NCBI GenBank assembly: GCA_013265495.1
Contig: MU058781.1
Span: 5,459,050 to 5,523,049 of the forward strand
Length of the DNA stretch: 64,000 bases
Reading direction: 5' to 3'
DNA from: Vicugna vicugna
Lineage: Eukaryota
This document shows positions 13,207 to 24,233 of the stretch, one piece after another. Every line of letters begins with the position of its first letter. The stretch's first letter is position 1. Made by a program: the position numbers and the translations under genes. Under the pieces are notes generated by a model. It saw only the letters and a program-made list of their open reading frames with translations. It had not been told where the DNA came from and did not search any database.

Positions 13207-13372
13207 TTTTTTAAAAAGATATTTTATTTATTTTCTGTTATATTGTTTATTTTATTTTCGCAGGGGGGAAGGTAATTGGGTTTATTTATTTTTAGAGGAG
13301 GTACTGGAGATTGAACCCAGGACCTCCTGCATGCTAAGCATACACTCAACCACTTGAGCTATACCCTCCCCT
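13207..13372 (-). mobile_element. tRNA-derived SINE (Vic-1-like, camelid)
   Basis: Reverse complement GGGGAGGGTATAGCTCAAGTGG...GGTTCAATCTCCAGTACCTC with A-rich tail; 16-bp TSD ctctttttgaatttct at 13191-13206 and 13373-13388. Confidence 0.88.
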
Positions 13373-14069
13373 CTCTTTTTGAATTTCTGTTATGTTATAT
13401 TTGTAGGAAATACCAGAGAACATTGAGATACTGATTTTCATATAACCAAAATGAACTTTTCATTTTGAATGTTGTTATCAATAAAATTTGAATATTTATT
13501 TGGCACTTAGGGTCAGACTCCAGGTGACCAATGGGATCCGGCTCCAGGTGTATTTATTCTCTTGAATCATGTCCCACTGCAGTCTAATCCCAGACCTGGC
13601 AGCTCTCCCCACTAATCTAGATTGTTGAGAAAGAGATTGTAGTTAACACTTTTAAACTCCACCATTGCCTGGGTTGTTGTTTGCCTTGGGACCATTATTC
13701 ACTGTGAGGGAGTAATCGTTTTTTAGAAGTGCACATTTTATGCTTCCAAGAATTTTTCTGGTGTGAGTTGTCATCACTTTTGAACTTAGGGATTTCCCTT
13801 ACCTGTATGCTCCTTATCTTTTAACTGCTTTGGAGCCTGAGGAGGAAGCAAATTTATCAGTGACTCCTGTTTTGCATTTGGGGCTTTGAGAAGGATTTCC
13901 TTAAACCTGATTAGGGACCTGGCTTGGTGACTGTTGGGCTGTGACAGGTTTCTCAGCTGCCAGCCTTGCAGGGAATGTGGTAGGTGTGACAGTTCCTTTT
14001 AGGTACAGCTCTTCATTTGAGCTCTGCACCTTGACCTCGAACGGATTTTTACTAGTATTATTTTCTCAA

Positions 14070-15425
14070 CCTCTTAAAATGAAAAATTTCAAACGTACAG
14101 GTAAGTTGAAGATTTTTACAGTGAACAACACCCAATACCTAGATTCTGCTGTTAACAGTTTAATATACTTGCTTTAGCACATATTTATCCATTTATTGAT
14201 CCCTCTGCCCATCCATTAGTCTATTTATTTGATGTTTTTCAAAATAGGTTGTTAAGTATATATCCCCCTAAATACTTCATTATGCATATTATTAACTAGA
14301 CCTCAATGTTTGCCTATGGTTCTTTTTTTTCCTTTTTACATAAAATTTACATATGATGAAATGCATAAATCCTAATTATACCATTTAATGAGATTTGGCA
14401 AATGGATGTACCTGTTGAAACAAAACCCTCATCAAGATTTAGATTATTACCATCAGTCCAGAAAGTTCCCTCCTGTCCCTCTGCAGTCAGTCCCCGCCCT
14501 CCTTCTCTACCCTGACCCACCCCAGTCCACAACTAGGTTGTATTATTTTGCAGCATAGATTAATTATGCCTGTTATACTTCATGTCGATGGAATCATGCA
14601 GTACCTGCTCTTTTGTATCTGGCTGCTTCTGTTCATCATACATTTTTTGAGGTCCGTCATGCTGTTGTGTATACATCACTGGCTTGTTCTGTTTATTGTT
14701 TGGTAGTTGTTCCATTGTTTGAGCGTCCTGCTGTTTATCCACACTCCTGTTGATGAATACCTGTTTCCCAGCTGCCATGAAAAAAGCTGCTCTGAACATT
14801 CAAGTTCAAGACTTTTCTGTAGACATGTGTTTTCATTTCTCTTGAGTAAATAAGCACGGAATAGCTGGGTCATAATTGTTTAGTCTTATAAGTAACTGCC
14901 AAACCTTTTCCCAAAGCAGTTGTCCCATTCTGCACTCCTACCAGCAAAGTACTGGGGGTCAGTTCCTCCACATGCCTGGTGTGTGTAGTGGTGGCACATT
15001 GTGATTTTAATTTCTACATCTCTATTGATTAATAATGTTTAGCACTTCCTGTGTTTATTGGCCTCTTGTATGTCTTTTGTGAAGTATCTATTCAAGTCAT
15101 TTACCCATTTTTACTGAGTAGTTAGTTGCCTTTATTTTTGACCTGCACAAATTCTTTGTATATACCAATCCTTTGCCTGGTATGTTTTTTTTCTTGTGGT
15201 TTGCCTGTTTTTTTTTAATTCCTTTTGAAGAGTAAAAGTTTTTAATTTTGGTGGAGTCTCATATATCCATTTTTTTCTTTTATAGTTTTTGCTGACTACG
15301 TCCTGAGAAACCTCCGCCTACCTCCAAGTCATAAAGTTACTTTCCCATGTTTTGTCCTAAAAGCATTACGGTTTTAGCTTCAAAAATATAAGGCCTGTGA
15401 TCCATCTTGAACTGATTTTTGTTTC
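14070..15425 (-). mobile_element. Old degenerate L1 (L1M-type) 3' fragments
   Basis: Inverted L1 3' motifs such as gaatagctgggtcata...taactgccaaacc and tgtgatccatcttgaactgattttt; boundaries approximate, probably more than one element. Confidence 0.65.
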
Positions 15426-18400
15426 ACTGGAATTTAAGATACAAAACAAACTTAACAGCAATTCTGTTTTGATTTGGTAGTTTTTAAATATAACTTGGCA
15501 GTTTGGGCTTGGTTTAAAATAAACCGATGTGGTTAAATGACTCATTGGACTGAGGCAGACACGTGAGTGATCTCAGTGGGGGCTCCCTTGGCTACAATGG
15601 ATGGCCAGGTTCAGGCAGGTCTCTTGGGGAAAAATTCAGTTCAGTTATTGGGGCTGGAGAGTTTTTAAACATAGCTACTTAGCCATTCTAAAGGTGTTTT
15701 AGGTTAGTTACTTACAATTTGAGTTTAATAGGGAATGTGGATGTGGTTATTTTATATTTGTGTCGTGAAAAGTTCTTCAAAATTATGTAACTGGGAAGAT
15801 AACTGGAGGACAGTAGCTGAGAGTAACTGCCCACAATGAGCAGATCGAGAACTCCCGGTTGGTTTGCAGAAAGTTCTGCTTTGATTATTAGATGATTTCT
15901 TTATGAGATAAACCGGGATTTAGAGGAGAGTGCTCTGATGACAGTTTTTGAAAGATAAATGACCTCACATTATTCCTTAACACCATGGAAAGGAATTAAT
16001 TTTAAAAACAGGAAATTTGAAGTACATACGTCGAAAACAAAAACAAATTAAGAATCTGTGACTTTGTTTTCATTAAAATATGACTTATCCACATATTTAG
16101 CTCCATTTTTTTGACTCTTCCCTAATGCTGCAGTGTGAATTCGTTTGTACCCATGATGCAAAAACATGAGTCAGCTAGAATGTTTCACTTTGGGCCCCCA
16201 AACCTGATCCATGTATTAAGTATCCATTTTCTTAGTAGCTGGGTAAAACTTGAAGAATCATGAATTTCAAGGTGCAGCCACAAAAATGTTTAGAAAATGA
16301 GCTTACGTCTGTAGGACATACTAATAGACATTTGCTTAAGACAAAGATATAATTTTTTTCAAAGGTTTTCTGTCTGTTGATGATTCTAGCAAGTAGCCTA
16401 CTTTGAATTATATATGCCAACCACTTTTGATATTTAGTTTAAAAAAAAAGCATTTCACTGCAGGCATGATTTCTTTGACCACATGTCCTTGTTTTGATAT
16501 TATTGGTAACCTTTCACCCACTTTTTAAAAAGGGAGTTGGGGAGGCGGGGGTAGAAATCCATGAGCCGGACAGTTAGTTACAGGCTGATGGTTAGAGGGA
16601 AAATAATAGGAGAAAATACTTGACTCAGAACCACCCCTGACGACTGAGCCGTCACTGGATTCCTTGTTGGAAGTGTTTCTCCAAGCCCTGCCACCCTCCC
16701 TCTTGGAAAGAACACGTTAAGTGGCCCGCCCCAGCTCCTGGAGGGCATCAACTTGTCACCCAAGAGCCAGTTTGTGGCCAGAGTTATTTTGATAGCATAT
16801 CTTCCTTCACACCAAAAGGCTGTAAGTTCCATGGAAAAAGGAACTATCAGATATATTCACCCTGGAATCCCCCAGTGCAGGGCTCGGCCCAGAGGCAATG
16901 CACGGACCAATTTGTTGACTTGAAACGAAAAGGTTGCTTTATAGCCATGAAACGGCAAAATGCAGGAAGGGGCCTACCAGAAAGTTTATGTAAACCATAA
17001 GGAGGAGCATTTTTCTACTTAAGGGTATCAATTACAGTGCAGCCTAGAATGTGGAGTACGTAGAAAAGGCTGTTGTCCCCCTCCTACCCCGACCCACCCC
17101 CACCTTTTAAAATTCTGACTCACACAGGATCAGCATTGCTCTCAAGCTGCTGACCACCTGTTACTATCTTGTTACTACTTCTTTGCCTTTGATTTTCGAA
17201 GCTGTCTGTCCAGAAGTGGGCGTGGACAGTTTGGAAAAAGAAATTGGGTCTATTTTGAAACCCTTCATTTGCAGGCTCTGCTAGTCTCTAAACTGATGCT
17301 TGGGAAATCAGTTAAAAGATTCTTTCACATAGGCAGTGATTCAATTGGGAAGACATAGTTCAGGTGATACTCTGAACCGGCATATACTTTCTTCTTTAAT
17401 GTCAGCATATACTTAGATTTTTGTTCCCTACTGACATGACCTCTGATGGATGCAGAGATGAAGGTACATTAACCAAGATGAAGTTTACCGAAAAGTCATC
17501 TAAAAAGCCTGAAGGCTGAAAGAGTGTCATAATATCGAGATTTTATGGGACTGCTAGACCTGAGTCCTCAGATAGCTATTTTAAAACAAGTTATTTGTGT
17601 AGTTATTTCTTTGCCCCAGTAGGGCCCCCTTCTCAGTTTAGCAGTATGTCAGAAATACTTTAAAGACCAGCAGATGTTTGGGTTAATAAAAACCATGCTT
17701 ATCTTCTTTTGGTGCTATTATGCATTCTCACTGTGAATTCTTCATAGGGGGCTTTGAATAAAGAAAAAACTGCAGTGTTTGGCAGAGTCTGATAATTTTA
17801 AACATTTCTTTATCATTATAGAAGGCACAGAATGTTGAATTTAAACATTTCTTAGAGGAAGATTAATGCCTCTTGTCAGCCTGGAGTTTTGAGACTCTCA
17901 GCAGAGCCCCTTGTATTTCTAGCCTCACGTTCTCCTGCCTTCTTCTCTTGCATTATTCACATTTTCCCCTTGACCTGGACGTCAGATACAAGACTAGTAT
18001 GTAAATAAAAGCAGTGTTGAGGACTGGAGTAAGGGTATCCAGCTGAAGCGGGGAACTGAATTTAGGACTGCTGTTCAGAGCTTTACAATGGTGGTAACAA
18101 TTCATTTGTTAGTGAAAGGAGTGCTGTGGCATTTCTGCATATTGGAGAGGCTGTAACACGTCATCGGAGAAAGGTTAGACCTCTACATTTGCCAGGGACA
18201 AATTTCATAACCTAGACCAATCTGTCTGGCAGTTTAGATACTCTGTTCAGAATCTTAGGCAGTGTGGATTGGCAGGCAAAATATCTGAAGTTTTCCAGGA
18301 GTTCTAAGTCTCATACACCTTTTGGGAAATGTAGAATGTAGCATTGTGTACAGTTAGGACAGGATGAAATGGAATGAAACTAGGGTGGGAATATAAACCA

Positions 18401-18575
18401 ATTGCAGACAGTATGTAGTTTCATGTACATTTATAGAACTCTCTGATGTTAGAACTTAGGAAGTCACTTTACCTGCAGCTAAATGTACTAGAAGTTAGAA
18501 CACATCAAGATTCTATAATAGAGAAATAAATAGTTTGCTTGTGATATAAACAAAATGATATCGAAATGAGGAGAT

Positions 18576-18715
18576 GGGGGAGGGGGATAGTTCAGTGGCA
18601 GAGCGCATGCTTAGCATGAACAAGGTCCTGAGTTCAATCCCCAGTACCTCTATTAAAGAAAAACAATAGATAAAGAAACCTAATTACCTTCCTCCCCCCC
18701 CAAAAAAATAAAAGA
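18576..18715 (+). mobile_element. tRNA-derived SINE (Vic-1-like)
   Basis: gggggagggggatagttcagtggcagagcgcatgcttagcatgaacaaggtcctgagttcaatccccagtacctc, then aaacctaattacct..ccccc and an A tail. Confidence 0.85.
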
Positions 18716-18779
18716 AAGGACAGAAAGAGTGGCTTTCAGGACACAGGGAACAGCAGGACCAGAGACGTAGGGGTGTGAA

Positions 18780-19350
18780 CATTTTTCCAGGAAGAGAAAT
18801 TGTCCCTTCCCTGGGGCGTAGTGGCTGGAGGGAATGACAGGAAATGTGGCTGGAAATCTGGGGCTAGACATAGAGAACCCTGGGTTCATGCTCACAGAGT
18901 TCTTCCTTGACAGTGGGGCTCCCCTGAAAGATTCTGAGTAGAGAAATGGCAAGTTTATACCAGAAGCATGCAGTTTGAAAGGTGGATTAGCACAGTCTGG
19001 AAGAGAGATCAGCTTAGTGGATATTGTAAATTCTCTGACAGTTGAGAGCTGCAAGTAGGACAGAGGAGGTAAAAATGGGGGAAACACCTGAATTTAAAGA
19101 GTTTTCAGGGACAGAAAGTAGGTGGAAGTAAGATGAGGAGTCAAAAGTGAGTAACAAATCAGTCTCTGGTCTACACTGGGAGAAAAAGTGGGTTTGGAAA
19201 GGAAGACAGTTTGGTTTTGAACAAGGTGAAATTGGGATATTAAAGGGCTTCCAAACAGAAAAGTCTGTAAACACTTGGACATTTGACTATGATCCTTAGG
19301 AGAGAAGTTAGGATTAAAACTAGAGATTTGGGGATTATTTGAATATAAGT
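18780..19350. mobile_element. Degenerate L2-like fragment
   Basis: Purine-rich with ggttttgaacaaggtgaaattgggatat and tagagatttggggattatt motifs typical of L2. Confidence 0.45.
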
Positions 19351-19644
19351 GAGGATCTTAAGATATCAGTTCTACATCAAGATCAAGTTTCTGATTAAGA
19401 TAATTTATTTTAAAAAGCATAATGCAGAAATGTGTATATAATTATTTTACATTTTGTAACTTGAATGTTACTGAATTTAGGTTAGATTTGTTTTGTTTGG
19501 GTTAGACTTTTTATTCCAGAGAAACTTAATCCTTAGACTTATTTTGCCTTCATATTCACGGTAGGAAAGTTTCTTTAACAGTTAGCATTTCCAAGATAGC
19601 TTTCTTCCTTGCTCTGTTTTCCTTACTTCAAAGAAATTATGAAA

Positions 19645-19715
19645 TTGCTAAGCAGGTTGAGTTTGATACCAAGCTAGTCCCCAAACATAACCTCATTCTT
19701 GGCGTTGCTTTGCAG
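19645..19715 (+). ncRNA. Homologue of the human mir-4639 hairpin at the 3' end of intron 2 (expression unknown)
   Basis: ttgctaagcaggttgagtttga...tcattcttggcgttgctttgcag; the arms pair by eye and resemble the recalled hsa-mir-4639, which lies within MYLIP; ends exactly at the splice acceptor. Confidence 0.45.
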
Positions 19716-19901
19716 GCATATCTTTTTCTTGCATATCAAGGAGGCCCTCCTGGCAGGCCACCTCCAGTGCTCCCCAGAGCAGGCAGTGGAACTCAGTGCC
19801 CTCCTGGCCCAGACCAAGTTTGGGGACTACAACCAGAACACGGCCAAGTACAGCTACGAGGAGCTGTGTGCCAAGGAGCTCTCCAGTGCCACTTTGAACA
19901 G
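19716..19901 (+). CDS. MYLIP: MYLIP exon 3 (FERM F2 lobe)
   Basis: Acceptor ttgctttgcag|[39 protein letters not shown]...SSATLN; donor AG|gtgagt; 186 nt; phase consistent. Confidence 0.97.
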
Positions 19902-20536
19902 GTGAGTCCACAGTTCAGACTCAGGTTTATCGTCACAGAGCTAGAAAATTCAGCAATGCAAGTCAGAGCAAGAGCGAGCCCCAAGGGGGAGTCAAAGTCT
20001 GTTTATGACGTAATCTTGGAAGTGAGTGGCATCCCACCACTTCTGCTACGTTCTGCTCTTTAGAAACAAGTCATTGATCCAGCCCATACTCAAGTGAAGG
20101 AAATTACACAAGGGTGTGAATACCAGGAGGTGGAGATCTTTAAGGACTTTATTGGAAGCTATCCGCCCCATAGATAAAATAAATCCTGCATTTTTCAGTT
20201 GCAAATGATCTACTCAGTCCCAAATAATGCTGTATTATAATGAAACTTATAAAGCAGATGTAGACAAATGCATGAGACGTTTGTACAGATAAATTTCTTC
20301 TGTGTATTTTTTAGAGATTTTCCATAATTCTTTTCATTCATCCCCAGCTGGCATTCCCAGTAGTTTTCATTCTGAATATTTAATAGTCAAGAACTTGAAC
20401 AGTGTCTTAGAAATATTTTACAGTAAGTTTGCTAAATAAATGAAACATCAATAATATATAGCTTTATGTTTTTGTAATTCATAAATGACAGTGCCAGTAT
20501 AATTCACTAGTGGAAATGATACAGATGTATCTCTAA

Positions 20537-20594
20537 AGACTGCATCAGTTAATCTCTCTGTGTACAGACTGCATCAGTTAATCTCTCTGTGTAC
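20537..20594. repeat. Perfect 29-bp tandem duplication
   Basis: agactgcatcagttaatctctctgtgtac at 20537-20565 and 20566-20594. Confidence 0.95.
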
Positions 20595-20619
20595 CTCTGT
20601 CTTTTTTGGTGTCTTGCAG

Positions 20620-20817
20620 CATTGTGGCAAAGCATAAGGAGTTGGAGGGGACCAGCCAGGCTTCAGCTGAATACCAAGTTTTGCAGATTGTGTCAGCGAT
20701 GGAAAACTATGGCATTGAATGGCATTCTGTGCGGGACAGCGAAGGGCAGAAACTCCTCATTGGGGTCGGACCTGACGGAATCTCAATTTGTAAAGACGAC
20801 TTTAGCCCTATTAATAG
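20620..20817 (+). CDS. MYLIP: MYLIP exon 4 (FERM F2/F3)
   Basis: Acceptor gtcttgcag|[36 protein letters not shown]...FSPIN; donor AG|gtaagt; 198 nt. Confidence 0.97.
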
Positions 20818-21310
20818 GTAAGTCTTCAGTGTTTGCTTAGACCTAAGCATGTATATACTTTTGTAGCTCTGATCGTGAAAATAGGAAATGGAGAGGGATT
20901 TACTAGACAGTCATCCTATAAGAATAACATGTTTTATTTTGGGTATGTATATTCATTTTATTTAGGCCCGATAACCATTCAGTTATTTTTTTCAAAATAC
21001 AAGTTCAAGTGTACTGATGTGGCAGAAATTAGCATTTTTCAAGGAAGTCATTCACTGCTATTCAAATCTTGTTTCACCTACACACCCCACCCCACCCTAA
21101 AACTCACTCCAGTGCTTTTCTCCACTTACCCACAGCTGCTTTTAAAGGAGCCGTTATAACTAGGGAGCAGAGTGACTGTATGGCAGACCCAGGCTGAGCA
21201 TCTGATTTTACGGCCAGGTGGGGAGCACATGAGGGCCCTGCAGAGGTGCACACACGATGGGAGTGACACAGCTCTCCTGGCTCACTCACTTTTCTCTTCA
21301 TGTCTTTCAG

Positions 21311-21475
21311 GATCGCTTACCCCGTGGTGCAGATGGCCACCCAGTCAGGGAAGAATGTGTACCTGACCGTCACCAAGGAGTCTGGGAACAGCATTGTGCT
21401 CTTGTTTAAGATGATCAGCACCCGGGCGGCCAGCGGGCTCTACAGAGCCATCACCGAGACGCATGCTTTTTACAG
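21311..21475 (+). CDS. MYLIP: MYLIP exon 5 (FERM F3), ends in a GC donor
   Basis: Acceptor tgtctttcag|[21 protein letters not shown]...ITETHAFY; donor AG|gcacgt is needed to keep frame with exon 6; 165 nt. Confidence 0.93.
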
Positions 21476-22371
21476 GCACGTACCCTGTTCACCCAGAGCC
21501 CCAGCATCTGCCTCAGCTCTGAGATTTCCAGGTGGCCACGAGGCTGCTATAGTTGCTGGTATTTTTGTGTCCATGAACCTTGCACAGAATTGAAGAAATC
21601 AGCTGTTTTCAGACTGTTGGTTTCTGCGGTAGCAGCAGGGTCCTTGTCAACATCGTCCTGCTCTGCCCGCAGGCCATGTCTGTGGGTGTGGGCTGCACAC
21701 ACACGTTTCACTGCTTGTCTGTTAACTCCTCCTCCCCGAGGTAACTGGTCGGGCCTGTTCTGCTGCCCTGTTGGCCTTTTCTCTGCAGGATGTCCAAGGT
21801 TGGCTCTCCTTCCTGGGAGAGCTGCTGTCCTGAGTCCTCAGTATGTAGTAAAGTTCTCTCGATAACCATATTGATCCGTGCATTTCCAAGGGTGCTTTAG
21901 CATTCTGATTTGATTCTTATATTTGGAAAAGTAAAGCTAAGAAATTTAATTGGCTGAACCTTTTTTTTTAATGTTAAAATAGACACACATTCTGGAGCAG
22001 AGTGGAAATTTTGTAGAAATTTTTATCATAAAGCCAAGACTTCAAAGAAAAAAGTCTTTTTTCTTGCCATAAGCTGCTTTGGACTGTAGCTCCTCTAGTC
22101 CCTGGAAGTGGAGGTGCACGGTCACTGTCCTCTGGGGCTTATGGCTGTCTTATCAGAGGGCCTTCCTTTGGGGACACTTGAGAAGCACGGAGGTAGAATC
22201 ATTCAAATACTTAACACATATGGAACTGAAAGAGTTTACTTTCAAGCACCCAGACCAGAGTGTGAAACATCTGCCGACACAAAGGCTCTTGTCCCCAGCA
22301 GCCTTTGCGGTGTGGGCGGCGGGGAGCCCGGGCTCTCAGTGCTGAGGTGGGTGTTCCATCCCCGCCCGCAG

Positions 22372-22792
22372 GTGCGACACGGTGACCAGCGCCGTCATGA
22401 TGCAGTACAGCCGGGACCTGAAGGGCCACTTGGCTTCTCTGTTTCTGAACGAAAACATCAACCTGGGCAAGAAGTACGTCTTCGATATTAAAAGAACGTC
22501 CAAGGAGGTGTACGACCACGCCAGGAGGGCTCTGTACAACGCGGGCGTGCTGGACCTCGCGCCCAGGAGCGACCACAGCCCCCCGAGCTCCCCCCTGAAG
22601 TCGCCGGAGAGCGGCGTGAACTGCAGCAGCTGCGAGGGCCTCAGCTGCCAGCAGACCCGGGCGCTACAGGAGAAGCTGCGCAAGCTGAAGGAGGCCATGC
22701 TGTGCATGCTGTGCTGCGAGGGCGAGATCGACTCGGCCTTCTGCCCCTGCGGCCACACGGTGTGCTGCGAGGGCTGCGCCGCGCAGCTCCAG
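22372..22792 (+). CDS. MYLIP: MYLIP exon 6 (FERM end, linker, most of RING)
   Basis: Acceptor cccgcccgcag|[19 protein letters not shown]...[31 protein letters not shown]387 falls at the expected number; donor CAG|gtgagg; 421 nt. Confidence 0.97.
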
Positions 22793-24116
22793 GTGAGGGG
22801 CGGCCGCGGGGGAGGGGGTGGGGCGCAGGCAGGGCGGGGCCGCCTCCACCCGAGGAGGGGCTTTGTGTTTGGTGACCGAGGGGGTCCCTTTGGAAACAGT
22901 TTGGACAACACTCTTTTCAACAACAGAATTGCTCTAAATCACAGAGTTTTTTAAGTCCTGGAAACGAGACTCAGATTCATAAGGTAACGTGTCTAATCAG
23001 TGGCTGAGTCACGGACCGGAATCCAAGCCTCCCGAGGGCTGGTCAGGGCTTCCTCTTCTGTTTCATGTTGCTTCCACTCCCTGACACTCAGAGGATGGTC
23101 TTTATGACTTACTTGCATTATTTGGGAAAAAAAAACTTAGGGTTTGGGGTGACAGTTAACGCTCAGTTATCCACGGGTGAGTTGTTGACTATGATTATTT
23201 GTGATTCATTTTGTTTTTTTGTTTTGTTTTGTTTTGTTTTTTACTGCCTGTGCCTCTCGGGGCGCCTTGGCTGTCACTTAGTAAGTCAAACTAATTTTAG
23301 TATTAGTATAAAAAATAAAACAAAAGCACTTCTTCCCTAGTATCTTTTTCTTTCTTACACCCTGCATTTCCTCTACAATAATTTTTTTCAATTCTTTTTC
23401 ATTTCCCAGAACTGTTGGCTAAATGTCACTGTGGTTTTATATAAAATTAGCCCTAAATAACTTCTAGTCCTTCAGAAGTTGCTAATTTCAGAATTATTTT
23501 TTAGGGCCGCATATGGGCCAACAGGATGCCTGTGTCCTTCCCTACGAGTTATTTCCCAAGGGGTGGTCCTGAATTTGCCTTTTTCTACCCGCACAGTCTG
23601 ACCCTCATGCCCAAGGCATTTTTTTTCCTCTTACGGCTGAGGAAGGAATGTGCTTGCTGAGAAGCCAGCTGGGGATGTGGGGCTGTGACCTGTGACTAGG
23701 AGCAGAGCCATGCTCAGTGGCCACATGGCATCGCCCTGGTGACACCAGCCTGAGTCAGCTGAGCCCAGGACACACGGCCTCTGAAATGGTCTCCTGCACC
23801 CCTGCCCGAGGCTTCATCAGCCCACGTAGGGACCACAGCCTCCCTGCCCAGCAAGAAGTCGTTCCTAATCACTTTGCTCATTGTGCTCGATTTTGAGTTT
23901 GACTGAAAACCTAATTCATTTCCTTCAGTGTATACTTTTTTCGTAATCTTTCTTTTTAATCCCTTGTCAAGTACAAATTTCCAAACTGGTTGGAAAGCAA
24001 AGAGCTCTCCCAATGGAAACCTAGAAATAATTGTGACCACAACTTAACTCAGAAAACACAATATAATAGGTCCCATGAGTGAACACTGAAGACACGCATC
24101 CTCAAAGGTGTACTAA

Positions 24117-24233
<117 letters not shown>

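Noticed and set aside
22211..22923. Antisense ORFs opposite exon 6
   Set aside because: Shadow ORFs of a GC3-rich coding exon.
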